The position numbers were made by a program, and so were the translations under genes. Below, piece by piece: positions 39,517 to 53,049 of a stretch of 64,000 nucleotides of DNA. This DNA is from Mustelus asterias (taxonomy: Eukaryota), in NCBI RefSeq assembly GCF_964213995.1, contig NW_027590186.1, positions 682,001 through 746,000 on the forward strand, given 5' to 3'. The notes below the pieces were generated by a model. It saw nothing but the letters and a program-made list of their open reading frames with translations. It was not told the DNA's origin and did not search any database. Each line of letters begins with the position of its first letter. Position 1 is the stretch's first letter.

Positions 39517-40400
39517 ACCATGATCTGTTTGAAAGTTGGAGCATTATTTTTGGGCCAAATGGCCGACTCCTGCTCTTATGTTCCTTTGAGACTGAAATAC
39601 TTTTGCACGCCGCAGACACACACAGGCAAGCATGGACGTACAGGCACACAGGCGTACACACACCCACACACACACATACAAACACACACACGCACAGATC
39701 GAGAGACAATCAGACGGAGGTATTGAGAGACAGACATGCCCAGAAACAAACACAGTGACTGGAACACACCCAGAAACTTGATGTGGGGACCAAATAAAAT
39801 AGGTAAAACCTTGCTGATGGCACAGACATAATGGAGAGGAGGATGCAATGGGGGCTTCAAGGACATTTGGACAGGCTGAGTGAATGCGCAAAGACATGGC
39901 AGATGGAATAAAAAGTAACTAAGTATGAAGTTATCCACTATGGTTGGGGGGAAAAAAAACAGAAATACAGAATATGTCCCACATGGTGCGAGGTTGAAAA
40001 GAGTTAACTTCCAGAGAGACCTGTTCACTAAAAGCTAGCATTCAGGTACAGCTAACAATGAGGAAGACAAATGCTACGTTTATGTGTCACAAAATATTAA
40101 TGTGAGTGTGCGTGTGCTTGTGTGTGTGTTTGTGTGCATCTGTGTGAGTGTTTCTGTGTGCTTTTGTATGGGTGGGTGCGTGTGTGCACGTCTGTGAACG
40201 TGTGTGAATGTGCCATGATCAGTTTGAATGTTCGATCAGTATTGATGGACCAAATGGCCTATACCTGCTCCTATGTTGATTCGAGATTTGAATACATACA
40301 CACGCCGCAGACACTCACACAGACAGGTATGGACATACAGACGTACAAACACACTCACACATAAACGCACACACACACGCACACGCACGCACGCACAAAT
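39130..40400. repeat. Diverged ~640-bp tandem duplication (LINE fragment plus TG/CA tracts)
   Basis: tggggaccaaataaaata...gctgatg...aggctgagt occurs at ~39141 and ~39784. Confidence 0.75.
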
Positions 40401-42780
40401 ACGCACGCACATATATATCTATACAGAATGATATGCAGTGTAGTCGTGTTTATTAAGACAATGTGATAAAATGTGATAGAATGCTGAATATGCAAATGAC
40501 ACAATAAACAGCATTGTAAGCAGCGTAGCTGGAAGCATCAAATTGCAAAGAAATATTAATATTTTGTGAATGGATAAAACTAATGGATGTTTTCAGTGCA
40601 GGGAAATGTAAGTTAACGCACCTTAGAATTAAAAATCAATGAACCATGTTGTTTATAATTGTCCATATGCTAAGACTAAGCATTGATCAACGAATGTCTT
40701 TATTCAAATTCTTTAGACAGGTAAAGAAGACAGAATGCATAAACACTGAGAGACCGAAAAATATATTCGGAGCTTAATATTCATGTTTGAATGTGAAGAT
40801 CTGAGATCAGGATTGAAATAAAGAAGAGTCCGCAATCAGAACCGGCAACATTTTTGTTCTGGTTTTCATAAAATTAAAAATCAGCATTTAAGAATTCCTT
40901 GAACAGAGCAGGAGGAGAAGAAATTTTACTCTGTAAGCTGTATGTATGTTCAGAGTACCCGATTAACAGTGTAGATGATGTTTAACTCTAAAACGTTGGA
41001 ATTTAGTTAAGGAGTGACTTAATCATTCCCAAACGGAGAGGGTTGATAAACAGGAACATTTGCTGCTGGTTGGGGAGTTCAAGATTCAAGCAAATTGGAT
41101 TTTAGACGATGTTTAATGTTTAAGACTTTCAGGAGCGAAATCAGGAAACATTTTTCAACTTAATACCTCACTTTCCTCCATTAAGACATTTCCTAAATCC
41201 AATCCTTTTTTGATGAAATCTAATATCGTGTGCAGTTTTGGTCCCCTTTCGAAGAAAAAATACACTTGCAATAGAAAGAGTGCAGAAAAAGTACACCAGA
41301 CTGATTATTAGGATGGCAGGATTGTCGTTTTAGGAGAGGCGACTGCATCTGTATTCACTTGGAGTTTAGAACATGAGAGGCGATGTCATTGAAATATACA
41401 GAATTTTAGCAGGTATGAGCAGACTGGATGCAGGGCTGTTGTATCCTTTGGCGGGGTGGGGTCCAGAAAAAAGGAGCAAAGTTTCAGTGTTCAGGGTTGG
41501 ACATTTAATTCTGAGATGAGGACATTTTTTCTTGACTCAGAGGCTGGTAAAACTGTAATTCTCTACCACAGAAGTTTGTGGATGCGAAATCAGTGAATAT
41601 ATTTTAAAATGATATATATTTCTATACTCTAAAGGTGTCAAGAATTATGAGGAGAGGGCTAGTATGGTGTTGAGTTACAGGGTCAGCCACGTTCGTGTCG
41701 AATGGCAGAGCAGGGTTTAAGTGTCGACTGGTCCACTCGTGCTCCTATTTCCTATCTTTCTCTATATTATATATGTCCATGAAGGAAAGTGCTGGGTGAT
41801 AGCGCTGAATATTAATTCTTTCATAAAACTCACAAGACGAAATTAATCACAGTGATATCTGACTCTGTAACAAGCTTTTGATTAAAACTATCACTAAACA
41901 TTCTTCATGCAACATTGTGGGATGGTTGCAGCGAAATGGCAATGTCATTGGATTAGTAGCGCAGAACCCCGGGCTAATTTCTCTGAAGGAATGGGTTCAA
42001 TTCCCACCCCACCACTCGGAGTAATTTCAAATAAATTGATCGAAGTGTAGCCTCCAGTAAAAACTCCGGCAACTATCGACGATTGCCGTAAAAAAACATT
42101 GCCGTTCAATGGTTGGCATCTTATCTTTGCAGAAAAAAGCTTTGAATAAGATCTCGGCCAGAGGGCTAATTCAGAGTTTATGCGTTTTGGGGTAATATAT
42201 TCGCATGGAAAGAGGATTCGCCAATCGATAGGATACAGAGAGTTGGGATAAGAGGAGCATTTTCAGGATGACAATCTGTTACAAGTGGAGTGCCTCAGCG
42301 ATCAATGCTCGGGCCTCAATTATTTACAATATACATAATGACTTGGACGAGGGAAGTGAATTTATTATTGCCAAGTTTGCGAATGAAAACAGGACTTCTG
42401 CCATGGGTTGTAAATGCCCATTTAGATCAACAATGTCCTTTAGAGAAGGAAATATGTCGTCCAGTGGTTTGGATCCAAGAAGCGATGTCATGGAACCTGA
42501 AATTGCCCAGAGGGCAATTCGGATTTGATTTGATTTGATTTGATTTAATGCCCACATCCAAGAAGTAAAAGTAAAATTATGATATTTTTAGTCCAATATG
42601 ACATTACTAAGGACTGGAGCTAAAAAAAGACTGGACACTGCAATTTAGGACGAGCTGAGGTGGATATTCAGCTGCGCAAATTCATTATATCAGTGCAATG
42701 TCCTCAATTACCTTCCCACATGATGCTGGCTCCCTGTCTATCACACAGCAGATAATGACATTAAGTAAGCTTATCCTTAC

Positions 42781-42860
42781 TGGTCACATATTTCACTGCT
42801 GAATGTGGGTGTCTCACTGTGATTAATAAATATGCAGGAAGAATTTCCAAGACAGAAACT
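42781..42860 (-). pseudogene. Highly decayed J relic
   Basis: Donor gtaagg at 42780-42775; ACATTCAGCAGTGAA resembles TFGSG codons; RSS relic TGCAGGA, 12 nt, ACAGAAACT (42852-42860), with a spacer matching that of the 44449 J at 8/12 positions. Confidence 0.4.
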
Positions 42861-43600
42861 TCGCGTTGCAGCAGCTGAGTCATATTTACCTCACAGAGGA
42901 CAGAAGAAAGACATTTAATTTGCATTATTTCGGGAGCGCTGTATACAAATTTCACACAAAGTCAAGCCAAGGATGCACACATGTTTTTCGTGTGAGGTTA
43001 AGTGTCACTGACTTGCAAAGATTACAGGACGATATGGGCGAGCTGGTCAGACAGGTAGAGCAGTGCCAAACGGAATTTAAACCTGAAAAGTGTGAGGTGA
43101 TGCATTTTGCGAGGGGTAAGAAGGCACGGGAATACGCCATGAACTGCAGGACGCGAGAAAGTGCAGAGGACCAGAGGGACCTTGGCATGCAAGTCCAAAG
43201 ATCATTTATGCCGTAGCATTCAAGGCTACAACCAAGTGCTGAAAAATGCGATTGGAATAGATATGGTTATAATGGCTGGAGCAGGCACAATGGGCCGCAG
43301 GACCTCTTCCTGTTCTGTAAAATTCAATGACGATGATTCTACTGTCCCCAAAGCAAGAGCGATGGGCTTAATGGTCTCCTCCATCGTTGCAGGAGTCTAA
43401 TAATTTGCTGTTTGTAAATTCTAACACAGAGTTGTCAGAGGAAGTTTTAATTTTTCACTCCACCCTCTCGCCTCCTGCTCCTCCTAATCAACTCAACAGC
43501 AGCAATTACAGGATAAAGATTCTTTACAGGTGTATGAGAATCGGACATTACTTTCGTAAACTATAACCAGACACAAAATGCAGAGAATAGTTTCACTTAC

Positions 43601-43688
43601 TGGGTTCTACAGTGAGTTTGGTTCCACTGCCAAAGATAAGCTTTCTGGTTGCATAGTTTGCACAGTGATTCCAGATGGTACAAAATCG
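43601..43688 (-). CDS. TRDJ: J-delta NYATRKLIFGSGTKLTVEP (coding 43660-43601) with 12-RSS
   Basis: FGxG motif; donor gtaagt; CACAGTG 43661-43667, 12 nt, ACAAAATCG. Confidence 0.95.
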
Positions 43689-44448
43689 ACATAACCCACA
43701 TGAATAGCAATGTAAGGATTGCTTTTCATGCTAAGGTTTTTGAGATTCGATTTGCTTCCACAGCTGGTTCATTATTTCGTCCAGAAAAAAATGCAAAACA
43801 ACATCCAAGAAAGGATGTTCTGGCTAAAGAGGGAGTGCACCGAAGGTTCACCGGACAGATAATGGAGTGGCAGGACTGACATATGAGGGGAGATTGAGTC
43901 GGCTAGGATTTTATTGTCTGGGGTTCAGAAGAAGGGAGGCAGGAGCAGAAGATCTCATTAAAGCCCATAATGCAGGATTAGACACGGTAAATGCAGGATG
44001 GCAGCAGGGTCCAGAACCGGGGTTCATAGTCAAAGAATATGGGACTGATATGAGGAGAATTTATTTTTCAACAAGAAAATGAAAAGCCTGTGTCATTCAC
44101 AATTACAAAGGTTTAAACAGAACAATGGTACTTATTCGTCTCCCCTCTTTCTTTTCGATCAACTCTCTGGATGGAATCTTCCTATCCCACTAACAGTACA
44201 CAAATCTGCTTCTCAGTTCAATACCATATTACTGAGGCGTGCAGTCCCAACTCCTGTCCCATGTACCTCTAATGACTGGGTAAGCTGAGCTGGATCAAAA
44301 CTGACTCAAAACTGTGCAATCTCTTCGCCTGCATGCCACATATTATATTGGCACTCTGCCCAACTTGACTAGCCTACTAACAACAGAAAACTAGATCACA
44401 GAGGAGATGTGGAGTGAAAGAATAGAAACACACTGACTTCACACTCAC

Positions 44449-44526
44449 TTGGTACAACTGTCACCTGGGTGCCGCTGCCGAACGTTAGCTTTGCGTAGCA
44501 CAGTAACAATTGCTCAGACAGAAACC
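44449..44526 (-). CDS. TRDJ: J-delta YAKLTFGSGTQVTVVP (coding 44498-44449) with 12-RSS
   Basis: FGSG; donor gtgagt; CACAGTA 44499-44505, 12 nt, ACAGAAACC. Confidence 0.95.
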
Positions 44527-45479
44527 TTCTATTGAGATAGCTGTTTCAGATTTCAGACAATTCACGGCAAAGAAAAAGCTGGAACAGTCACTGATTCGCT
44601 GCAGGTAACAGACATTGCATATCTGCCCCTTCCCCACCATCACAGGCTAAATGGGCCGAAGAGCCTCCTTGGATGCTCTCAGATTCTATCAAAGTGAAGA
44701 ATTTCTGAGCCAAGGTAGCCACTGGTCAAATATAACAACAAATATATTTTGACTCTGAAACTTTGCGAGTTAACATAGGAACAAGGGAAGGCTATTCAGC
44801 CCTTTGCGCCTGCTCTGCCAATCTCTGAAATGGCTTAACAGAAATTTGCAACATGGCCCTGCCAGTGACGCCTCAACACCTGGCAGAAAAGAAATACAAT
44901 TCAACAGATTTAATTTGTCAGCTAAGCTTTCTCTCCTTACAGATGCTGCCTGACCTGCTGTGATTTTTCCCACCATTATCTGTTCGCATTGTCATAATCC
45001 TGTTATATTTCGAAGAGGTAAACAGACATGTTGAGTCTGAAAGATGCGTTTATGTTTACTTGAATCAACAGTTACTCGAGCTCATTTTCCAAAAGAGAGA
45101 TATATTTTATCCATTCGTGGGACATGGGCACCGTTGGCTGGCCAGAGTTTATTATCCATTCCCAATTGCCCTTGAGTGTCAACCAAATTGCACATGTTGG
45201 CCAGATCTAATAAGAATGGCAGATTTCTTTCTCTAAAGGACATTACTCAACGAGATGGGTTTTTCCAATAGCGGTTTTCATCGTCAACAGTAGATTCTTA
45301 ATTCCAGATTATTGAATTCAAATTCCACCATCTGCCGTGGCGGGATTTGAATACAGGGTCCCCAGAACACTAGTTGATTTCCTGGATTAATAATCTAGCG
45401 ATAACGCCACTAGGCTATCGTCTACCCCCAGTTTCACCACCTCACAATACTGCAAGGTCACCCAATGAAACTAATATGC

Positions 45480-46750
45480 CAGGTGGTTGGGAAATTATGT
45501 AAGGAGTCAGAGAAGGAGGGAACAAGGATAAAATCAAGAGGTGGAAAAGGGAATACGAAAAATGATATACAGAGAAACCAAGGCCAAAATTCAAAAACGA
45601 GACAATTAATGTTAAAAAGATAAGCTGAAAGGCTCTGTGCCTTAATGCGCAGAGCATTTGCAATAGAGTGGATGAACTAATCTTGCAGATAGATATAAAT
45701 GGGCATGCTATAATTGGAATTACGGAGACATGGCTGCAGGGTTCCCAAGAATGGGAACTGACTGTTCCAGGGTATTCAGTATTTAGGATGGACAGGCATA
45801 AAGGAAAAAGTGGTGGAGCGGCACTGCTGGTTAAAGAGGAAATTAACTGGTGAGAAACTATATTAGCTCTGATAATGTGGAGTCTATATGGGTAGAGTTG
45901 AGAGATACCAAGGGGCAGAAAACATCAGTGGGTGTCATATACAGACCGCGAAACTGCAGTGGTGATGTTGGAAATGGCATTGAACACGAAATTAGAGATA
46001 CATGTGATCAAGGGTGATTTTAATCCGCACGTTGATTGAGTAAATCAAATTAGCCACAATGCTGTAGAGAAGGATTTCCTGGACCGGATACGGGATAGTT
46101 TCCTTGACCAATATGTGAAGGAACCAACGAGGGAGCAGGTCACCTTAGACTAGGTACTGTGTCGTGAGAAGGTAATAATTGCCAATCTAGCTGTGCAAGA
46201 CCCCTTGGGGATGAGTGAACATAACATGAGAGAATTTTTTATCAAGGTGGAGAGTGAAGTAGTTGACTCGGAGACTACTGTGCTGAATCTTAATCAAGGA
46301 GACTATGAAGATATGAGGCGTGATTTGGCCTTCATAGATTAGGGAGACTTACTTAAAGGGATGACAATGGATCTCATAGAGACTTATAAAATTCGAACAG
46401 GACAAGGCATAGTAGATGAAGAGAGGATATTCCCGATGGTGCGGGCGTCCAGAACCAGGGATCTGAGGATTCCGGGTAGACCATTTAGGACGGAGGTGAG
46501 GAGACATTTCTTAACCCAAAGAGTGGTGAGCCTGTGAAATTTATTACCACAGGAAGTAGTTGTTGCCAAAAGATTGAATGTATTCAAGAAGCGGCTGGAT
46601 ATAGCACTTGGAGCGAATGGGATCAAAGGTTATGGGGAGAAAGCAGGCTTAGGCTATTGAGTGGCTGATCAACCATGATCATAATAAATGGCAGATCATG
46701 CTTGAAAGGCCAAACGTCCCTTCCTGCTCCCATTTTCAATGTTCCTATGT
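45480..46750 (+). mobile_element. Decayed CR1 (endonuclease region plus 3' end)
   Basis: IIGITETWL ORF 45668-45853. Confidence 0.85.
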
Positions 46751-47114
46751 TTCCTTCCCGAGAGGAAATTTATGAACCAGATGGGTTTTTCCGACAATCG
46801 ACAATGGTTTTCCTGGTCACCAGTAGATTCTTAATTCCAGATTATTGAATTCAAATTCCACCATCTGCCGTGATGGGATTCGAACCCAGGTCCCTCACAT
46901 ATTCGCTGAGTTTCGGAGTTAATAATTTTGCGGTAATACGAGCAGGACATCGCTTCCCTCCAGTTACATAACTTCACCAGGATGCACGGTCACCCAGTGA
47001 GTCGCACATCCATGTCTGTCACATTGCTGAGGCCCAGAGATTGGTCTGCCACCTGCGGCATGTCTAACTAAGCATTGAGATCTGAGCTCGCTATCCATCT
47101 ATCGAGGGTAACGA

Positions 47115-50100
47115 CTAGGGATTGACAAGGGTAAGATTAGGGCCAGTCAAGGACAGTAATGGGAAGTTGTGCGTGGAGCCTGAAGAGATAGGAGAGGCGC
47201 TAAATGAATATTTTTCGTCAGTATTCACGCAGCAAAAAGACAATGTTGTCGAGGAGAATACTGAGATACAGGCTATTGGACTAGACGGGATTGAGGTTAA
47301 TAAGGAGGAGGCGTTAGCAATTCTGGGCAGTGTGAAAATAGACAAGTCCCCTGGGCCGGATGGGATTTATCCCAGGATTCTCTGGGAGGCTAGGGAGGAG
47401 ATTGCAGAGACTTTGGCTTTGACCTTTATGTCGTCATTGACTACAGGAATAGTGCCAGAAGACTGGAGGACAGCAAATGTTGTCCCCTTGTTCAAGAATA
47501 TAGAACATAGAGCATTACAGTGCAGTACAGGCCCTTCGGCCCTCGATGTTGCGCCGACCAGTGGTACCAATCTAAAGCCGCTCTAATCTACACTATTCCA
47601 ATATCATCCATATGTTTATCCACTAACCACTTGAACGCTCTCAACGTTGACGAGTCCACCACTGCTGCAGGCAGGGCATTCCACGCCCTTACTACTCTCT
47701 GAGTAAAGAACCTACCTCTAACATCTGTCCTATATCTCTCACCCCTCAATTTAAAGCCATGTCCCCTCGTGCTAGCCAACACCATCCGAGGAAAAAGGCT
47801 CTCACTATCCACCCTATTTAATCCTCTGATCATCTTGTATGCCTCTATTAAGTCACCTCTTAACCTTCTTCCCTCGAACGAAAACAACCTCAAGCCCCTC
47901 AGCCTTTCCTCATACGATTTTCCCACCATACCAGGCAACATCCTGGTAAATCTCCTCTGCACCCTTTCCAACACTTCCACATCTTTCCTATAATACGGGC
48001 GGTACGGTAGCACAGTGGTTAGCACTGCTGCTGCACAGCTCCAGGGTCCTGGGTTCGATTCCCGGCTCAGGTCACTGTCTGTGTGGAGTTTGCACATTCT
48101 CCTCGTGTCTGCGTGGGTTTCCTCCGGGTGCTCCGGTTTCCTCCCACAGTCCAAAGATGTGCGGGTTAGGTTGATTGGCCAGGTTAAAAAAAATTGCCCC
48201 TTAGAGTCCTGGGATTAGCGGGTAAAATATGTGGGGGTCGGGCCTGGGTGGGATTGTGGTCGGTGCAGACTCGATGGGCCGAATGGCCTCCTTCTGCACT
48301 GTAGGGTTTCTAAAAAAAAAAAAATATGGCGACCAGAACTGTACGCAATACTCCAAATGCGGCCGCACCAGAGTTTTGTACAGTTGCAACATGAGCTCCT
48401 GGCTCCGAAACTCAATCCCTCTACCAATAAAAGCTAACACACCGTACGCCTTCTTAACAACCCTATCAACGTGGGTGCCAACATTCAGGGATCTATGCAC
48501 ATGGACACCCAGATCCCTCTGTTCATCCACACTACCAAGTATCTTACCATTAGCCCAGTACTCTGTATTCCTGTTACTCCTTCCAAAGTGAATCACCTCA
48601 CACTTTTCCGCATTAAACTCCATTTGCCACCTCTCAGCCCAGCTCTGCAGCTTATCTATGTCCCTCTGTAACCTGCCACTTCCCTCCGCACTGTCTACAA
48701 CTCCACCGACTTTAGTGTCATCCGCAAATTTACTAATCCATCCTTCCACGCCCTCTTCCAAGTCATTAATAAAAATGACAAACAGCAGTGGCCCCAAAAC
48801 AGATCCTTGCGGTACACTAGTAACTGAACTCCAGGATGAATATTTCCCATCAACCACCACCCTCTGTTTTCTTACAGCTAGCCAATTCCTGATCCAAACC
48901 ACTCAATCACCCTCAATCCCATGTGTCCGTATTTTCTGCAAAAGCTTACTACGGGGAACCTTATCAAACGCTTTGCTGAAATCCATATACACCACATCAA
49001 GAAGGGGAGTAGAGGCAACCCTGGTAATTATAGACCAGTGAGCCTTACTTCTGTTGTGGGCAAAGTTTTGGAAAGGATTATAAGAGATAGGATTTATAAT
49101 AATCTAGAAAGGAATAATTTGATTAGGGATAGTCAACACGGTTTTATGAAGGGTAGGTCGTGCCTCACAAACCTTACTGAGTTCTTTGAGAAGGTGACCA
49201 AAGAGGTGGATGAGGGTAAAGCAATTGATGTGGTGTATATGGATTTAAGTAAAGCGTTTGATAAGGTTCCCCACGGTAAGCTATTGCAGAAGATACGGAG
49301 GCATGGGATTGAGGGTGATTTAGCAGTTTGGATCAGGAATTGGCTAGTTGTAAGAAGACAGAGGGTGGTCGTTGATGGGAAATGTTTATCCTGGAGTTCA
49401 GTTACTAGTGGTGTACCGCAAGGATCTGTTTTGGGGCCACTGCTGTTTGTCATTTTTATAAATGACCTGGATGAGGGCGTAGAAGGATGGGTTAGTAAAT
49501 TTGCGGATGACACTAAAGTCAGTGGAGTTGTGGACAGTGCAGAAGGTTGTTGCAGGTTACAGAGGGACATAGATAAGCTGCAGTGCTGGGCTGAGAGGTG
49601 GCAAATGGAGTTCAATGCGGAAAAGTGTGAGGTGATTCACTTTGGAAGGAGTAACAGGATTACAGAGTACTGGGCTAATGGTAAATACTTGGTAGTGTGG
49701 ATGAGAAGAGAAATCTCGGTGTGCTTGTGCATAGATCCCTGAAAGTTGGCACCCAGGTTGATAGGGTTGTTAAGGAGGTGTACAGAGTGTTCGCTTTTAT
49801 TGGTAGAGGGATTGAGTTTCGTAGCCAGGAGGTCATGTTGCAGCTGTACAAAACTCTGGTGCGTCCGCACTTGGAGTACTGCGTACAGTTCTGGTCGCCG
49901 CATTGTAGGAGGGATGTGGAAGCATTGGAAAGGGTGCAGAGGAGATTTACCAGGATGTTGCCTGGTATGGTGGGAAGGTCTTATGAGGAAAGGCTGAGGG
50001 ACTTGAGGTTGTATTCGTTAGAGAGAAGAAGGTTAAGAGGTGACTTAATAGAGGCATACAAAATGATCAGAGGATTCGATAGGGTGGATAGTGAGAGCCT

Positions 50101-50395
50101 TTTTCCTCGGATGGTGATAGCTAGCACGAGGGCACATAGCTTTAAATTGAGTGGTGATAGATTTAGGACAGATGTCAGAGGTAGGTTCTTCACTCAGAGA
50201 TTAGTGAGGGCATGGAATGCCCTGCCTGCAGCAGTAGTGGACTCGCCAACATAAAGGCATTTAAATGGTCATTGGATAAACATATGGATGATTTTGGAAT
50301 AGTGGAGGTTAGATGGGCTTTAGATTGGTTTCACTGGTCGGCGCAACATCGAAGGCCGAAGGGCCTGTACTGCGATGTAATGTTCCATGTTCTAT
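47115..50395. mobile_element. Triple nest: CR1 (+) > CR1 (-, 47499-48996) > HE1 SINE (+, 47998-48325)
   Basis: TSD TCAAGAA at 47492-47498 and 48997-49003; SINE TSD AATA(C/T)GG at 47992-47998 and 48323-48329, with poly-A. Confidence 0.92.
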
Positions 50396-50546
50396 CTTTC
50401 TGAAGTACATTTTACGGACAGAATGCCTTCACTTGTATTTCATGTAATACTTTGTATCGTTGCCCCGGTTGCTATTTGTCAGACACAATATAGCGAAAAA
50501 ATAATCGACATGAAACATAATGAGAGTAACTTCCAATCGTACTCAC

Positions 50547-50624
50547 TTGGCACAACTGTCAACTGGGTGCCGCAGCTTCACAGTATAGTCATAATGTATA
50601 GTATAAAGGGCACAGACATAGACC
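50547..50624 (-). pseudogene. Pseudo-J (DYTVKL / GTQLTVVP; FG codons deleted)
   Basis: Donor gtgagt intact; internal frameshifting deletion; heptamer decayed to TATAGTA, 12 nt, ACATAGACC. Confidence 0.8.
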
Positions 50625-50797
50625 TTCCATTGGAGTGAAGTTGCAGATGTCGTTTAGTAATGATGAAGCATACTCATTAATTCGGAGGCAGGGGAATATA
50701 CAAAGTTCACATGAGGGTGAGCCCTTGAGAACCTTTAAGGAAAGGTCAATTACTTATGTTCCAACCAGATCCAAACTGACGTTTTCAAATGTCTTAT

Positions 50798-50874
50798 TGG
50801 GTCGTAAAGTGAATCTGTTGCCTCTGCCAAAGACAAGTTACAAAGTTCTGGTGCCAGCAGATCTGTACACAATG
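50798..50874 (-). pseudogene. Pseudo-J YRSAGTRTL*LVFGRGNRFTLRP
   Basis: FGRG; in-frame TAA; donor mutated to ATAAG; heptamer CACAATG at 50868-50874, poor nonamer. Confidence 0.8.
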
Positions 50875-51401
50875 GGACAAAAAACTAAACCCAACCACAT
50901 GAGCAGAAGAATGATGTATTTATATTATATTTCTCCTAAGTTTGAGTTTGAATTCAATTTCAGATTTTGCTGACTTCAATAGCCAGGGCAGGTTATATCC
51001 ACGTAAAAATATAAATGTCTCCCCCCTCACTTCCCACCCATTTGAACGTAATAGGTCAATAAATTATTTACTTGCATCGTGTAAAAAGGAACTTTGAGGG
51101 AAAGAATGGTCAGAAACTTAATGCACTTGCTAACTTCAAGTAGCCATTGGCCACCACACTCCCCACAATCTCTGCACAGAATGGAAATGTTTTGTCGGCA
51201 GGAATGGAATAATACACACAACACATGGACCAGTGCAGCAGGTTCAAGCAGGCAGCTCACCACTGCCTTCCACATTGAGGGACAGGCTATGTAAGTGCTG
51301 GCCTAGCCAGCAATGCCCATTTCCTACGCAATAAAAAAACGAGGTAACTTCAGTTACTCACACTCTAACCAGGTCCAAACTGAAAATTTAAAACGACTTA
51401 T

Positions 51402-51490
51402 TGGGTTGCGCAGTGAATTTGTTTCCTCTGCCAAAGATAAGATTCAAAGTTCTGGTGCTAGTACAAAATGCGGCAAAAAGTACAAACACC
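51402..51490 (-). pseudogene. Pseudo-J TSTRTLNLIFGRGNKFTAQP (paralogue of 50798)
   Basis: FGRG; donor ATAAGT; heptamer CAAAATG, 11 nt, ACAAACACC. Confidence 0.82.
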
Positions 51491-51760
51491 TGAGCAGAAA
51501 TATAAGATTTATTTATATTTTATTTATCCTGAGTTTGAGTTTTGAGTTCAATTTCAGATTCTGCTGACTTCAAAAGCCAGGGCAGGTTATATCCTGAAAT
51601 AAATATGTTCCCCCCATCCACCAATTTACATTTAATTCCCACTCCTTGCCTGTTAGCTCCATATGTCATATATTTCTATCCACTTTACAATCTCAGCAAA
51701 TATGGTTCAGATTTTCTGTAAATGCAGGGTGAGACCATTGCACGTTGTGAGGATGCATGC

Positions 51761-51827
51761 GAGGTTCCACAGTGAGTTTTGTTCAAGTACCAAGGATCGG
51801 ACTTTCAGTTGTGGGGATGACACAATC
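51761..51827 (-). pseudogene. Pseudo-J IPTTESPILGT*TKLTVEP, RSS split by a CR1 insertion
   Basis: LGT* replaces FGxG; donor gcatgc; heptamer CACAATC 51821-51827; spacer and nonamer displaced to 52432-52452. Confidence 0.82.
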
Positions 51828-52430
51828 ATAGAGTCATAGAGTCATAGAGGATTACAGCATGGAAACAGGCCCTTCGGCCTAACTTGTCTATGAAGCCTTT
51901 TTTTAAACCCCTAAGCTAATCACAATTGCCTGCATTTGGCCCATATCCCTCTATACCCATCTTACCAATATAACTGTCTAAATGCTTTCTAAAAGACAAA
52001 ATTGTACCTACCTCTGGCAGCTTGTTCCAGACATTCACCACCCTCTGCGTGAAATAATTGCCGCTCTGGACACATTTGTATCTCGCCCCTCTCACCATAA
52101 ACCTATGCCGTCTAGTTTTAGACGTCCCTACCTTTGGGGAAAGATACTGACTATCGAGCTGATCTATACCCCTCATTATTTTATAAACCGCTAAAGATCA
52201 CACCTCAATCTTCTACACTCCAGATAAAAAAGTCCCAGTCGATCCAGCCTCAAACGATCAAGTCCCGGTCGCATCCTAGTAAATCTTTTCTGCACTCTTT
52301 CTAGTTTAATAATATCCTTTCTATAATCGGGTGACCAGAATTGTACACAGTATTCCAAATGTGGCCTTACCAATGTCTTGTACAATTTCAACAAACCGTC
52401 CCAACTCCTGTATTCAATGTTCTGGCCAAT
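51827..52430 (-). mobile_element. 5'-truncated CR1 inserted into a J RSS
   Basis: (CATAGAGT)n tail; RPHLEYCVQFWSP; TSD CAATCAT. Confidence 0.9.
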
Positions 52431-53049
52431 CATGGAAGATGCTACACAAACCCGTAACTCCCGTGCTGACAGTATTGCAAGAGGTTGTTTTTGACCTGCT
52501 TGACCTGGTGATTTGACCATAGATTGGGATTCAAATTGTAATGCCAGGTGATCTCCAAAGCAAAAATGCAACTATTCCTCTCCCTGAAATCCATCCCCAT
52601 TTAACCCTTTTGCTTTATTTGCTTTACTCTATTTCAAAAAGTACAAGACATAGCTAGCAGTTTAACTTTCCTTCCATGCAGTTTCAATTAACTTCTGTAT
52701 ATTCCCTGGCCCTGTTGTTCCTCCCAAAATACATCAGCTTACACTTTTTAGAGTTAAATTTCAATTTTCCACTGCTCTGCCCATTTGACCAGTCCTTCAA
52801 TATCGACCTGTAATGTAAGGCTTTCCTCCTCGCTATTTACCACACCACCAATTTGTATATCATCTACGAATTTACTGATTATATCCTCTGGATCTCTATC
52901 GTTATAATTAATTATCTAATGATACATAAATCCATCGAACAGCTTGTTTTTAATTTTAAGCGTTACTTTCCCTCTTTGTCACCATTCGCCAGACATGGAT
53001 TCTGCAGAAATATCCATCGAAGGGTAAAGAGAAATCACCTGGCACTTAG

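Noticed and set aside
41848-41880. CACAGTG heptamers at 41848, ~748, ~33774 and ~62021
   Set aside because: No nonamer at 12 or 23 nt; some lie in repeats.
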